From contig NC_043004.1 in assembly GCF_006345805.1 (NCBI RefSeq), positions 2,542,001 through 2,606,000 on the forward strand: DNA of 64,000 bases, in the 5' to 3' direction. How positions within the stretch are numbered: the first letter of the stretch is position 1; each line of letters starts with the position of its first letter. The notes beneath the pieces are model-generated. The model saw only the letters and a program-made list of their open reading frames with translations, was not told the origin of the DNA and did no database searches. Both the position numbers and the translations under genes were made by a program. The DNA comes from Octopus sinensis. Lineage: Eukaryota. Below are positions 24,726-37,163 of the stretch, in pieces.

Positions 24726-24752
24726 ATTATTATTATTATTATTATTATTATT
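24676..24752. repeat. (TTA/TCA)n microsatellite
   Basis: Direct reading. Confidence 0.9.
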
Positions 24753-25669
24753 GTAGTTATCTCTTATTGCCTGTTGTTTCCTTCGAAGTTTCACCGATGC
24801 TTAGAAACCAACAACGGCGAAATCTTGAAGTCAACTTAAGTATATACTTTTACATCCACAACAAGTTAGGAGTCTTATATTTAGTGCATGTGTAGGTATG
24901 TGCACTTGTGTTTGTGTCTATGCACATGTGCACAAAAGCGAGTGTTGCCTATCTACTTACTCGTATAAATCTGTGTGCGTGTTTGTACGAGAACATCTTT
25001 AAGTAAGTTTGTATGTAAATGGTTTTAAAATGTATAAAAGAACAGAACGATCAATATTTATTGTGCGAGGTAAAAGTTAAGCAAATTTTGAAAATACTCA
25101 TTAAGAAGACATCGTTACCATAACAACGGTTAAATTGGTGGCTGAAACTAACACCAACAGAGGGAATCTAATTTGCTTCAGAACCTACCAGATTGTTGAC
25201 TGCTAGATAGAACACCGGAAACTGGTTAATGACAACTACATCGATTTTGGTTTAAGGAAGAATGTCTACAGGTGAACACTCACACCGCTACAGTTAAATG
25301 GATTACAATGTTTTATCATCTCAAAACAAAACGTACCAGTTTACACTTCAGATGTTCCATTCTCTCCTGGCAGCATTTCCATTAACGCTTTCTTTCCTGT
25401 TGCAGCGAGATTCCACTTATTATATAACGTCTTCAATATAAATTTATTCTTTTTATGGTTTTAGGTGTGTGATGTTCTTGCAGCATAGTGATAAATAGTC
25501 GTGTGCATAGTGTTCAGAATTGATAAATGACCGGCGTATTAGTCGTTTCAAATCCCGTTACAAACACCGTACTCCGTATGTATTTACAAGTGGTTTGGAT
25601 TAATATATTTTAGCAAAATATGTACTCTTCCATAGTTTCCATTTGTGAATAATAATAATAATAATAATG

Positions 25670-25728
<59 letters not shown>

Positions 25729-25729
<1 letters not shown>

Positions 25730-26138
25730 TCCCAGCGAAAGAGTTTGACAAGCTCAGAAAATATAAAGACCTACTCATTGAAATTGAGAAAATGTGGCAT
25801 CTCAAGGCAGTTACAATACCAGTGATCGTAGGAGCACTAGGACTGATCAAGAAGGGAACCGAAAATTATATGAGAATGATCCCTGGCTTACCATCCCTGC
25901 AAGAAGTGCAAAAGATTGTCTTAACTGGTACATCACACGTATTGAGAAGAGCATTGTCGATGTGAGAATTATTACTACCCATGTATTTTAATTTAACTTT
26001 AAAAAAAAAATAAAAAATGAACGAACTATTGAGTTTAGTTTAATGGCCTACCAATGTATACTATGAGTTTCTTTGCCCTAGGAGTCGGGAAGACACCCGG
26101 CAAGAAATGGAAGCAAATTTGAAAGAGGAAAAGAAAAG
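25729..26138 (+). mobile_element. R4/Dong 5'-truncated 3' end embedded in (AAT)n
   Basis: Uninterrupted IPAKEFDKLRKYKDLLIEIEKMWHLKAVTIPVIVGALGLIKKGTENYMRMIPGLPSLQEVQKIVLTGTSHVLRRALSM* (stop 25965) + 3'UTR; (AAT)n at 25648-25728 and 26139-26222. Confidence 0.92.
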
Positions 26139-26158
26139 TAATAATAATAATAATAATG

Positions 26159-26224
<66 letters not shown>

Positions 26225-27789
26225 TCATAGAAACGCGTCGGATGAAGTGAATCTGTAGTTGAGTGATTGATTTAACCCTTTCCATCTGGCCCGAGTTGAC
26301 TTTACTGAAGTCCAACAATGTCCGACAATTAGCAGCCAAAAATCTCTCTCAATTTCCTTATTACCAGGTAATTATAGCGGCACATTAAGAAGTTTAAACT
26401 GAGTTATTTTATTCTTTTCTGTGCGTGAGTTTTATGAATAACTTCTGATGACTTCCTTGACGGGACTCAATGCCATTAGTCTCCTGATGTCTTCCTTCAG
26501 GTAAATTTTACACGAAGCTATTTGTCATCCTGACAGACAAGTTCACCTGTCTTTGAACTCAGAATATTAAGACCAGACCAAATATCGCATTGCATTTCAT
26601 TTCTCCTAACGCTTTAACAAGTTCGCCAATCTACTGCCCATTAATTCTGTTATTTTATGTCCCTGAAGGAGATAAATATGCTCCATTTCGGTGTATTCGG
26701 AATCAGAATATCAAAATACGAACTAATGCCGCCAAGGATTTTGGTCCAACCCTCTAAAAACTCAAATAATTCGCTCTGGTATTGCCACGAACTGAAAACT
26801 TTTGTTTCGTAGGTGTACTCCGGTCAATAGGACAAAACACGGAAAAGAACATTCATATATTTTCATTAATAATTATCGGAGGAATTGGGCAAACACATTA
26901 CAGTTTTGTTTACCCCAAGTCCAGCCTTCATTATCATCCACCAAAACCGTTTTAGCCGTCACAATTAAAACTTTTATCCGGAAAGAATATTTCTAGAACG
27001 ACGTCATTCATCGAGCTTTTCATTTTATTGAAGATATGCAGGGTATGATTCAAATGAGATTTAGCTGTTCTTTCTTGCAAGCGAAGTCAGTACGTAGAGG
27101 TTTTAGAGGTTGGACACTCATGCTCCTAACTTTGAAGCTGTTATGATTTGTCAACTGAAGTGCATTGCGGTTTCAATTCTCATATGAAACCAGTTCATTT
27201 AATGCATTTTGAAAGTGGTCCAGAGTGATGTGAATTTCGCAAATTCGCATTTTCCGGAAACGTTTCTGTATCGTCGTACTTTACGTGTACGTATGACTTT
27301 TCCGTTTATCCTTTTTTCGAATCTAAGTTTTAAAAGTTCAGAATTTCCGAACTGGCATAGGTGCTAGGTCATCAGGCAGAAAGCTTTTCATTACATTTTC
27401 CGACTGCACTCTGATTTCAAATCATACCGTGGCCAAATTTATATTGTCTTTACAGGGTTCACAAATAAAGAAGCGGTTAAAGAGTGAAATCGATTCTTCT
27501 ATTTGTTCCATTGATGAGAATTGCCCGATCCCACACTCACACCTTTTGTGCCATGCGGCGAGGCATAGGAGGCTACTCAAAAAGCCGATTTTTTTTCTAC
27601 CAGAATGAAGACTTTAGCAAACCCTGCCGGTTAACAAAGTCCCCAGTCAAACAGAGAAAATATATTCTTCAGAAAACCTCCAAGGACAGTCCCCCTATGC
27701 AGTATAGTCAAGAAATAGTACAGAAGAAACAAAAAAAAACGAACTGTGAACGTCTGTGTTCATAAACATTAAATATTGGTTTCCTATTT

Positions 27790-28537
27790 TGTTTTGACAC
27801 AAGTCAGCAATTTCGGAGATGGGGTGTTATATACCACAGGGTTCCTATGGTACCCACTTTAATGACACAGAAAGGATGAAGAGCCAAGTCGACCATACCG
27901 GAATTTGATCTCAGAAAGTAAAGACGGACGAAATGTCTCTTAGAAATTTTCCCAGCTTGCTAATGATTCTTTTCTACTATAGGCAAGAGGCCCGAAATTT
28001 TAGGGGAGGGGGATAGCCGACGATTAGATCGACCCTAGTGCGTAACTAGTACTTAATTTAAGGACCCCCGTAAGGATGAAAGGCAAAGTCGACCTAGGCG
28101 GAATTTGAACTCAGAACATGAAGACAGGAAATACCTATTTCATTACTACCCACAAGGGGCTAAACACAGAGAGGACACACGAGGACAGACAAACGGATTA
28201 AGTCGATTATATCGACCCCAGTGCGTAACTGGTACTTAATTTATCGACCCCGAAAGGATGGAAGGCAAAATGGACCTCGGTGGAATTTGAACTCAGAACA
28301 TAAAGACAGACGAAATACCTATTTCTTTACTACCCACAAGGGGCTAAACACAGAGAGGACAGACAAACGGATTAAGTCGATTATATCGACCCCAGTGCGT
28401 AACTGGTACTCAATTTATCGACCTCGAAAGGATGAAAGGCAAAGTCGACCTCGGCAGAATTTGAACTCATAACGTAAAGACAGACCAAATACGGCCAAGC
28501 ATTTCCCCCGGCGTGCTAACGATTCTGCCAGATCGCC
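27790..28537 (-). mobile_element. family A SINE multimer (one head + three core units) plus a further degenerate copy
   Basis: Head at 28537-28490; core repeats with junction heptamer AAATACC at 28129, 28313 and (AAATACG) 28487; older copy at 27790-27965. Confidence 0.88.
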
Positions 28538-28944
28538 ATTTTTCATAAGGACGAAATATTTGCTATACGGAATAAGAAGAAAAAGAGGAAACTAGATTTG
28601 TGAACAGTGAGTACTTTGTTGAGATATAAACAAGTAATTCTCAAATGTCAAGAATAGTTAAACCCAGGTTTTTATATATCCGAATCTTAACAAGTTTAGT
28701 TTTCTAGAAAAGTATAGGTGTCTTGTACATAAGAACATTATCAATGTGTGTAAGATGGAGCTGGAATACATTGAATCGATCGCAATATTTCTGGAGATTC
28801 TAAGAAAATTTAACATCGATCCCGACAAGATCGAATCAAAGCGTATGAGACTAATACAATTTAATCTTATTCCCTTTATCTCTCTCTCTAACTCTTTTTC
28901 TTTTTTCTCTGTCTATATTTTTCTATGTCTCACACTCTCTCTCT

Positions 28945-28947
<3 letters not shown>

Positions 28948-29016
<69 letters not shown>

Positions 29017-29106
29017 CTCTATCTATCTATCTATCTATCTATCCACCCATCCATTTATCTATCTATCTATATCTATCTATCTATCTATCTATCTATATAT
29101 AGATAT

Positions 29107-29153
<47 letters not shown>
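28948..29153. repeat. (TATC)n/(TA)n microsatellite
   Basis: Direct reading. Confidence 0.95.
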
Positions 29154-29155
<2 letters not shown>

Positions 29156-32100
29156 CCATCTATCTGTGGGGTCGCTATCACCGTATTATTTCCTGGAAAT
29201 ACATTGCTATAGTTCACTGATATAGAAACGCCTTTGTAAATAAGATGCTGATTTTAAGAGATTTGTAATCATAGATTCATTCTCTCTTTCTCTCTCTCTC
29301 TCCCCCCCCCCACACACACGCGCGTGCGCGCACACACACAAACACACACACACACACACACAAGAAGCTCTAATAAACACAAGCTCGCCCATAAACGTGC
29401 GCACGCCCCTACACTCACACTTCAGTTCAAATGATTGATGGAATTCTCTTTGATGTGAGAAGCATGGAGGATAGGTAAAATTTATTATATCAGTTTTTAA
29501 TCTCCTACACCTATTTCTCCCACCCCTCTCACTCTCCCTCCCTCCGTTTATCTGTCTCTATTCCACCCCTCCCTCCCTCTATGCGTCTTCTTCTACCTCT
29601 CGTCACCAACCACTAACTTCACGTAGAGTGACTTCAGTCCAAAACAAAATTCTCATGGATAAACAAAATGCGTTGCATGTCGTATAAGCATTGGTTTTTA
29701 CATGACAACAAATTTACAAAAATCTTTTCATCTCTCTTGTAACAGATTTCATAGCCTTGTGGCGTAAACTTATTAATATTCCTTTTATTCAATTTTCTTT
29801 TAACATAATTTCATTTAATAATTATGCGGTAAATAAATACATTTTTCTCTTGTCAGTATTTTAGTTTCAGCTATGGCTATTATTAGTGTGGTCATTTTAA
29901 TTCCTGTTATAAGTTATTGCTGTTTTAATTAACATCGTTAATTTCACTGATTTTATAAATAATTTGGATACTATTAGTTTTAGTATCTTCTGTTTACTTT
30001 TTTTGTTTTATATATAGTTTTATATATATTTTAGTTGTTTTAGTAAACAAGTTTGTTGAAACACAAGTTCGCTGTTAAGAAAGTACGACCTACAGGAATC
30101 TGTGATTTCTACCTAATTACAAAACGAAAATGCAAGGTTGCAAGTAAAATGAAATAGCTACAATGTAAATTAACGCAGCTAATGGACATTTTTGTTTATG
30201 TAATTATCTGTAAACAAAACACAATCATAAGATTACCTAAGGGTCTAAAATGAGGTGATCATGAAAACAACTTTCTATTCGGCTTTAATATCATGTATAA
30301 TTCATAGATTCTAAAAATGCTGAATAGCTACCACAGATATGAACGTTTAATGAGTATGTGGCGCCAAAACGTTATTTCTAAATAAAACATATATTAATTA
30401 GAAATATTATGTATTCCATGGAACTGGTATTTAGCTTTACTTTTGCTTAAAACTCTTTATAGCAAACTCGGCTACTTGCTGGATGGTATGTTTATAGTGA
30501 AATTACGAGTATCTTTGATACATGCTGTAAGTTGGGAGTTTTATTTTGGAGTTTTATTTTGAAAAAATACAAAATCAATGGAAAGCTTGCGTATTTTCAT
30601 TTTATTTTCCTTAATATTTTAATAACAGTAAATAACACTGAATAACCAAATAAAAGTATAATTTCTGTTATTTTTCTTTTTCTAAAAAAAGACTACGCAT
30701 TTTATAAGTGAAAAACTTAGTGAAATTCTGTAAATTGAAAAAAAAAATAAACAACGAGGTCAGTCAATTTATTGTATCGATTATTACTGATTAAGAAAGT
30801 AAAGTGTTTGATAGGTTGGGTACCCTATATACGCTCACCTTGGACCCGTTCTGATGTTAATAAACTAGCAATGACTCCTTTTGCTGCTGGTTCAGCCGTG
30901 ATTAAGGTCTTTAAATATTTATTATATTTTATTGAACTAAAATTGCTGTATTCTGTCCCTCTTTTTATCCGGAATCATCCGGGTTTATCTGCTTATTCTT
31001 TTACTGTTTTCATTCATTTCATTACAGCAACCTAAGCAATTTTCCTTCTTATTTTTGTGTCAGTATATAACTGAGGTTGAACCGCTTAATTATGATTTTG
31101 ACGCAAAGGGATTTAATATGACACATTTGGTTACACCAGACTATATAATCATAGACATGGATAAAAACACAAACCCCTACGTACATCAATATTCAACAGG
31201 GCTTTGCACAGTCTGAATCAAATAAATTCCACAGAAAAAAGCATAAGTAAAACCAAAAGAGAAGACCTCCGAAATACCGTGTACTTAAGATCTTACCTGG
31301 GACAAAGCCGTTGCGAAACGAATTTCGAAATTCTAGAGTTAAAAATTAATTCTTTCCTCTTTAGTTTCACGAAAACAATATGGCCATTTGTGCTTTGTTT
31401 ACTACATCAGATTTCGTGAAAAGCTTGTTGTATATATGTGATAACACTAAAATCGAAGCTCACGAAGATTTTGCAGTTAAACCAGGTCATTAACGGCGCT
31501 CGAAAATATATGAATATAACAACAAACGGTTTCACCTATTCTACTTTAAAGAGTGTATTCACGGAGTGAAAGACAGGTCTGAACTAATGTTAACGTTATA
31601 GAAGAAGAGAATCTGATTTTGCGGCACATATGACTAGTTAAGAATAAAAATATAATGAAAACACTTTTTACATTTGCTGGGTTATGTGAAGCATCTACAT
31701 ACAAAAATAAATAGAGTCCTGCAGTGAAGACTGTTTCGAATCAAAGCAAAACGCGCGCTTATGTAGAGAGATAAGGGAAAATTTTAATTTTCACACTTTT
31801 GTAAGATACCTATTTAGCAAAGAACTGAAATCTCGAATAATAAGAAAAAAGATATTCCTTTTAGCTTATTTCTGGCACTTCAGAGCTGGTTAACTTCTAA
31901 TCTAATTTGAAATGGTTCAGCTCTCGTCTATGTTGTATAAAAAGAAGCGATGTAAATATTTTCTGAGCTATAAGTCTAATTATTTTTGTATGTAAATCAG
32001 TCCCAGCAAACGGTAGATAATAAGTGTATTTGTCTAGAATGTCATGTTTGTTTTGCTCAGAGTATATAAAGAATTTTGTGTGTAATTAAAGACAAGTTTC

Positions 32101-32443
32101 CGAGATTAGCAGCGATTTATGCCCAATAACGCTTTCTTTACCAAAGCTGAATGGCATCTCATTTTGCTGCCAAAAGATGTTAGTTTGTTTTGTCAACTAT
32201 TACTGCGCCTCAACGTAGATTTGACCTTTTTCGTTCAGTTCACCCTGATTGCTTAACCTCATTCACTTCATTTAATTTAGCAGTTTGTTGTCTCCTCTAA
32301 GCCGTAATATAGATTATTAGAAATTCTTTAATGATTGACAATTGACTGTGTGCAAGAGTAAAGAGGGTTTTTCCAGAAATAGTGGATGAGACTTTCTAAT
32401 TAGTTGCAAGGAACTTAACAAGACTTAACATATCTTACTTTCA

Positions 32444-32475
<32 letters not shown>

Positions 32476-32599
32476 TTGTATGTATGTAAGTATATAGTTG
32501 AAATTTACAGAAAAACAAAAGACGAAGGCAGATGTATAAACAAGAAGCAGGTATATTATTTCCATGCTCGAGAAGGTGAGAAAGTCCTTTAAGTTTCGA

Positions 32600-32712
32600 G
32601 CCTACGCCCTTTCGGGGTCGATAAGATAAGAACCAGTTGGAATCTAGAATCGCTGTAATCGACTTACTTCTTACCCCCAAATTCTTGACTTTGCACCAAA
32701 ATTTAAAACCAA
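32600..32712 (+). mobile_element. family A SINE relic (3' half)
   Basis: CCCTTTCGGGGTCGATAAGATAAGAACCAGTT...GTAATCGACTTAC...TTGCACCAAAATTTAAAACC. Confidence 0.6.
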
Positions 32713-32744
<32 letters not shown>

Positions 32745-33136
32745 TGAATATGCATATGCACGTGTATACTTATGCGTAAGTATGTATGTGTATGTGTCTG
32801 TGTGTGGGTGTACTCATATATTTCAATTAAGCATAGCGGTATCAATAACCTAATGCTAGAATTTAATATACATATGAAGCAGAAACACACCCTTGTCGAG
32901 TCCAGACCGTAATAAAACATTGACAAAACGAAAAGGGAACATGAAACTACGGAATGAACTTCATTAACCAACAGTGTTTCTGCTAAAAAACAAAAGAATC
33001 ACTTCGCTTTTGAAGCTCCTAAAAAGGTATACAAATTGATGTAGAAGCGCTCGACTTTGAGTGCGTTACGTTTCATATCAGAAAGAGCTGCAAAATAATG
33101 AGGTTCAATTTATATTTCATGTTTCCTTGTCATTCA

Positions 33137-33139
33137 TAT

Positions 33140-33194
<55 letters not shown>

Positions 33195-33433
33195 TGTGTG
33201 TGTGTGTGTGTGTGTAGTGCAATATATGGATTCATAGAATCATGTGGCTATCACAGGAAGCTCCTCAAATGGCGACCGGCTATCAGACTCTGATGCAAAA
33301 TAATCTATTGGATTTATTATTAGGTGATGAAGGTTGCGAAACGACCGTAATGCTAAGGATAACAAGTGTTTAAATAATATATTCACCTCTCATATTTCCT
33401 TAGTATTATAGCATATATATATACATATATATA

Positions 33434-33466
<33 letters not shown>

Positions 33467-33521
33467 CGTGTGCGTATGTATGTATGTGTATGTAGGTACA
33501 TATGCATGAATATCCATACTT

Positions 33522-33617
<96 letters not shown>
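33137..33617. repeat. (TA)n/(TG)n/(CA)n microsatellites
   Basis: Direct reading. Confidence 0.9.
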
Positions 33618-33619
<2 letters not shown>

Positions 33620-34284
33620 TTGCTATTAGGCAAAAGTATCGTAAGTCCAAAACATTGCTTTTTCAGAAGACGAAAAAATAGTTTCACCATTCCATAGCAA
33701 AACCGTTGTATGATACTTTGACATTTTATGATATCTTGGTATCCGCAGCAGCTGGAGATACGATAGTTTGATCAACAGAACCGGTTATTGCAAGCAAAAA
33801 TAAATATTGAAAAAAAATGGCCAAATTTGGACATACATGAGTTTGTGTATGTATGTGTGTGTGTGTATTTGTTGTATAATATACGGATTGATAGAATAAA
33901 ATGGCTAGCACAGAAAGATCTTCTGGTGGATCCGGCTATCATACCACATAGTCATCTAATAAGGAAGAGTGTAATGCAAATGAAATCCAGGAGATCCAAC
34001 CGATGAGATTATTTCATGAAGTGTATATAAACCATAAAATGTCTGGAAGTAAGAGAGATGAATATATTTACCATGTATTTCCTTATGATTATGGTCCTTT
34101 CGCTACCTTTATTGAATAATAATAATTTCCGTGTACAATAAATTACACTTTCGTGTCTACACTAATATGCATGTCACTCATTATATTTACAAATGAATGC
34201 AAATGAATGGAAATAAACAAAGCTAGCTCATCAGATCACCAGAACATCATGGCTGAATCAACGATTCAACTGTGTGTGTGTGTA

Positions 34285-35478
34285 ATTTTGTCAACTACAC
34301 AATATATTAAGGTTATTTGGGCAGCGTCCATGAGAGAAAGAGCACTATGATGCAATTCCCTCTGCCAGAAATTCTGAATCGACATACTGTACTGTTTGAC
34401 CTGCGTGCCGGAAGCTGCAATACGAACATTTCAAAGTGTTTGGGTGTCAATCTGAGGAGTAGGAAAGAGTTGGATAAGTCTAATAGTGATTACGAAGGTA
34501 CGGCAGCTCAGAAAATTCACTATGACCATTCTGATGAGAAAAGATCTTCTGAATCGCTTGGTGAGATGCAGGCCATGATTGACAACGACCCCTCTAAGTC
34601 AATCAGGCCCATTGTCAGGGATATGGGAGTGTCTGAGTTTCTTATCAAACAGGTAGTGCATGAAGACATTCGGTACTCCTCACACAAGATGAGAAAGGGT
34701 CAATTTTTATCCCAAACCATCAAGGAAAAGAGGGAAGACCGTGCTACGAAGATTTCGAACAAACTCAAGTATCCCTTCCAACCGAACATGCTTTGGTTTT
34801 TGTCAGAAGAGAAAAATTTCCGTCACGGTCAGATGGTGGACACACAGAACAACCGTTGGCTTGCCGTGTCCCCAAAACATGAAACGGGCATGATTAAAAT
34901 CAAACATCCATTCAAAATCATGGTTTTGATAATTAGTGATGGTGACGTTATGCCTCCATTCATCTCACACATGGCTTCACACTCAACACAGAGGCCTACA
35001 TCAAGTGTCTGGAGGAGGTAGTGCTGCCCCTGGGTCAAGAGGGTGGCTGCTCGAAGACCCTATGTCTGGCAACAGGACTTTATACCATGTTACACAGTAG
35101 GAGAACCCAGTCATGGCTGTCAGACAATTTCTGCGACCACATCACCCCTAACATCTATCTGGTCACATAACTCCCAGACTGCTGGGACACAGTTGAGCGA
35201 GAGACCAACAAAAGTACTTGTAACACCAAAGATGAACTGAAGGCAAGAATTATGGCAGCATTCACCAACTTTAAAAAGGACACTGCCCAGAAGAGTTGCA
35301 ACAGACTCCGAAGTCGTCTGAAGGCCGAGGTTGAAGCCAATAGCGATTTTATTGAATAAATTTACTGTTTAGTATTTCAAAAATTTTTATGTAGTTTTAG
35401 TAAATACATCAGTTGCAATGAGATGTCAGTGTAGTTTTCCTTTCTGCGTAATTTAGACGACAGCTTATTCACTGTGCA

Positions 35479-35480
<2 letters not shown>
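34285..35480 (+). mobile_element. Tc1/mariner-superfamily transposon, maT (DD37D-type), near full-length but inactive
   Basis: IDNDPSKSIRPIVRDMGVSEFLI, WFLSEEKNF (FSDEK with D>E), QNNRW, SDGDVMPPF, AYIKCLEEVVLP, RPYVWQQD, ELKARIMAAF...RSRL.A.VEANSDFIE* (TAA 35357-35359); at least three frameshifts; NPLDYYV segment deleted; right TIR-like end ...TTTCTGCGTAATTTAGACGACAGCTTATTCAC. Confidence 0.88.
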
Positions 35481-35484
<4 letters not shown>

Positions 35485-35554
<70 letters not shown>

Positions 35555-35639
35555 TGTGTGTGTACACACTCACACACTCACAGAAACAGAGTCAGATATA
35601 TACAGACAGTCAGATAGATAGATAGATAGATAGACAGAA

Positions 35640-35698
<59 letters not shown>

Positions 35699-35708
35699 TA
35701 GATAGATA
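35485..35708. repeat. (TA)n/(TG)n/(CAGA)n/(GATA)n microsatellites
   Basis: Direct reading. Confidence 0.95.
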
Positions 35709-36632
35709 ATTATCGTCCTGGGACTCGTGCTCTGCGCCTCTACGATTATTTAGGCTTTTGTTTAATTTTCTGCATTTCGAGACAGAAATGTTTTTCTTTT
35801 CTTTCCCTTTTAGGTAGCGTTCTTAGACTCTCAATTCTAAGAGCGTTCTACCGAAATTAATGTTTCCACCTCTTTCAAATTCCACATGCTATAGATTAAA
35901 TTCTTCTGCCTCTTCTTCTTTGTAAGCAGATAATAGGTTGCAAGCTGATGGAACGTGCCATCAGTAATTCTTTGACAAAGGAGGATGGCAGGGTTTCTAA
36001 CATTCACAGTCAAATATTACGGAAATGACACAAATTAGACACATTAAAGTGAAAACCTGCATCGAAGACCAACTACGCTATAGGAGACCATCAAGTGGGA
36101 ACATTGATATGAAACCCCTTTGAGAAAACGAATTGATTCCCATGGACGGATGAGTCAAAATACATATGCTTACGCCACGTCTGGACTATGGTCACGTGGA
36201 AAGTGTATGGAAAGTTTAATACCCGGACACTTGACCGCCTATTTGAAAAAGGATAAATATCTGTAAGTTTAGGTTCTTCCATTGCTCTCATAAAATCACT
36301 CTTATGAATTCTTCAACCAACTCTTATAGACTTATGATTTTCTATGGAGGCCGCCACATTTTTCTCTCGTATTCTGCATTTTACATAAACAAATATAAGT
36401 TGACTAATTACCCTAATCTAAATCAAATTAACAAATATTAAATGTCTTGATTGCGTGATAAACACATTTTATAAATTCCTTCATAACAAACCATCTTGTG
36501 ATGAGAGCCGTTCAACACAAAAGGGATTAATTTCATTACAAAGCTACAATTCTTTCTGAAACTTCTATTATTTGCAATTAAGACCAAAGTTGTTTACTAT
36601 ACTATCGTTGAATGATGCCTCACTTTATTACC

Positions 36633-36796
36633 AAATCACGTGCTAAGGTCATTTCTATAGATTTTCCATAGAAATTATGGTCAGCACTGATTTTGTTACG
36701 ACGTTTCTTTTCCAAGCCGTCAGATGTAAACAACATCAATCGTCTCGGTTACAAATTCTACGGAAAATCTGTAGAAATGATCTGCACATGTGATTT
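36633..36796. repeat. imperfect inverted repeat (~44 bp arms, ~76 bp spacer), MITE-like
   Basis: CATTTCTATAGATTTTCCATAGAAATT (36650-36676) pairs with AAATTCTACGGAAAATCTGTAGAAATG (36753-36779); weaker pairing extends outward. Confidence 0.7.
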
Positions 36797-36923
36797 AAGG
36801 GCACTGCTAACACAGTAGTACAGGGTATTGTCTGATGAAAATGTTTAATATGCTTTGTGGTATATTATGGTTACGTAACGAAATACTGTGTCCCTACAAA
36901 CCATTAATATTTATTACCAGCAA

Positions 36924-37163
36924 GGCGGTGAGCTGACAGAATCGTTAGCACGCCGGGCAAAATGCTTAACGGTATTTCGCCTACCGTTACGTTCTGAGTT
37001 CAAATTCCGCTGAGGTCGACTTTGCCTTTCATCCTTTCAGGGTCGATAAATTAAGTACCAGTTATGCACTGGGATCAATGTAATCCACTTAATCCCTTTG
37101 TCTGACCTTGTTTGTCCTCTCTGTGTTTAGCCCCTTGTGGGTAGTAAAGAAATAGGTGTTTCG
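36924..37163 (+). mobile_element. family A SINE (monomer)
   Basis: Colinear with 59-294. Confidence 0.9.

Noticed and set aside
27456-27608. Candidate plus-strand exon after TTGTCTTTACAG (GSQIKKRLKSEIDSS...)
   Set aside because: No donor site or recognisable homology; runs into a stop.
30463-30485. Plus-strand 23 nt microexon candidate (TTTATAG|...GATG|GTATGT)
   Set aside because: Not frame-preserving, and such AG/GT pairs are common in AT-rich DNA; no supporting neighbours.
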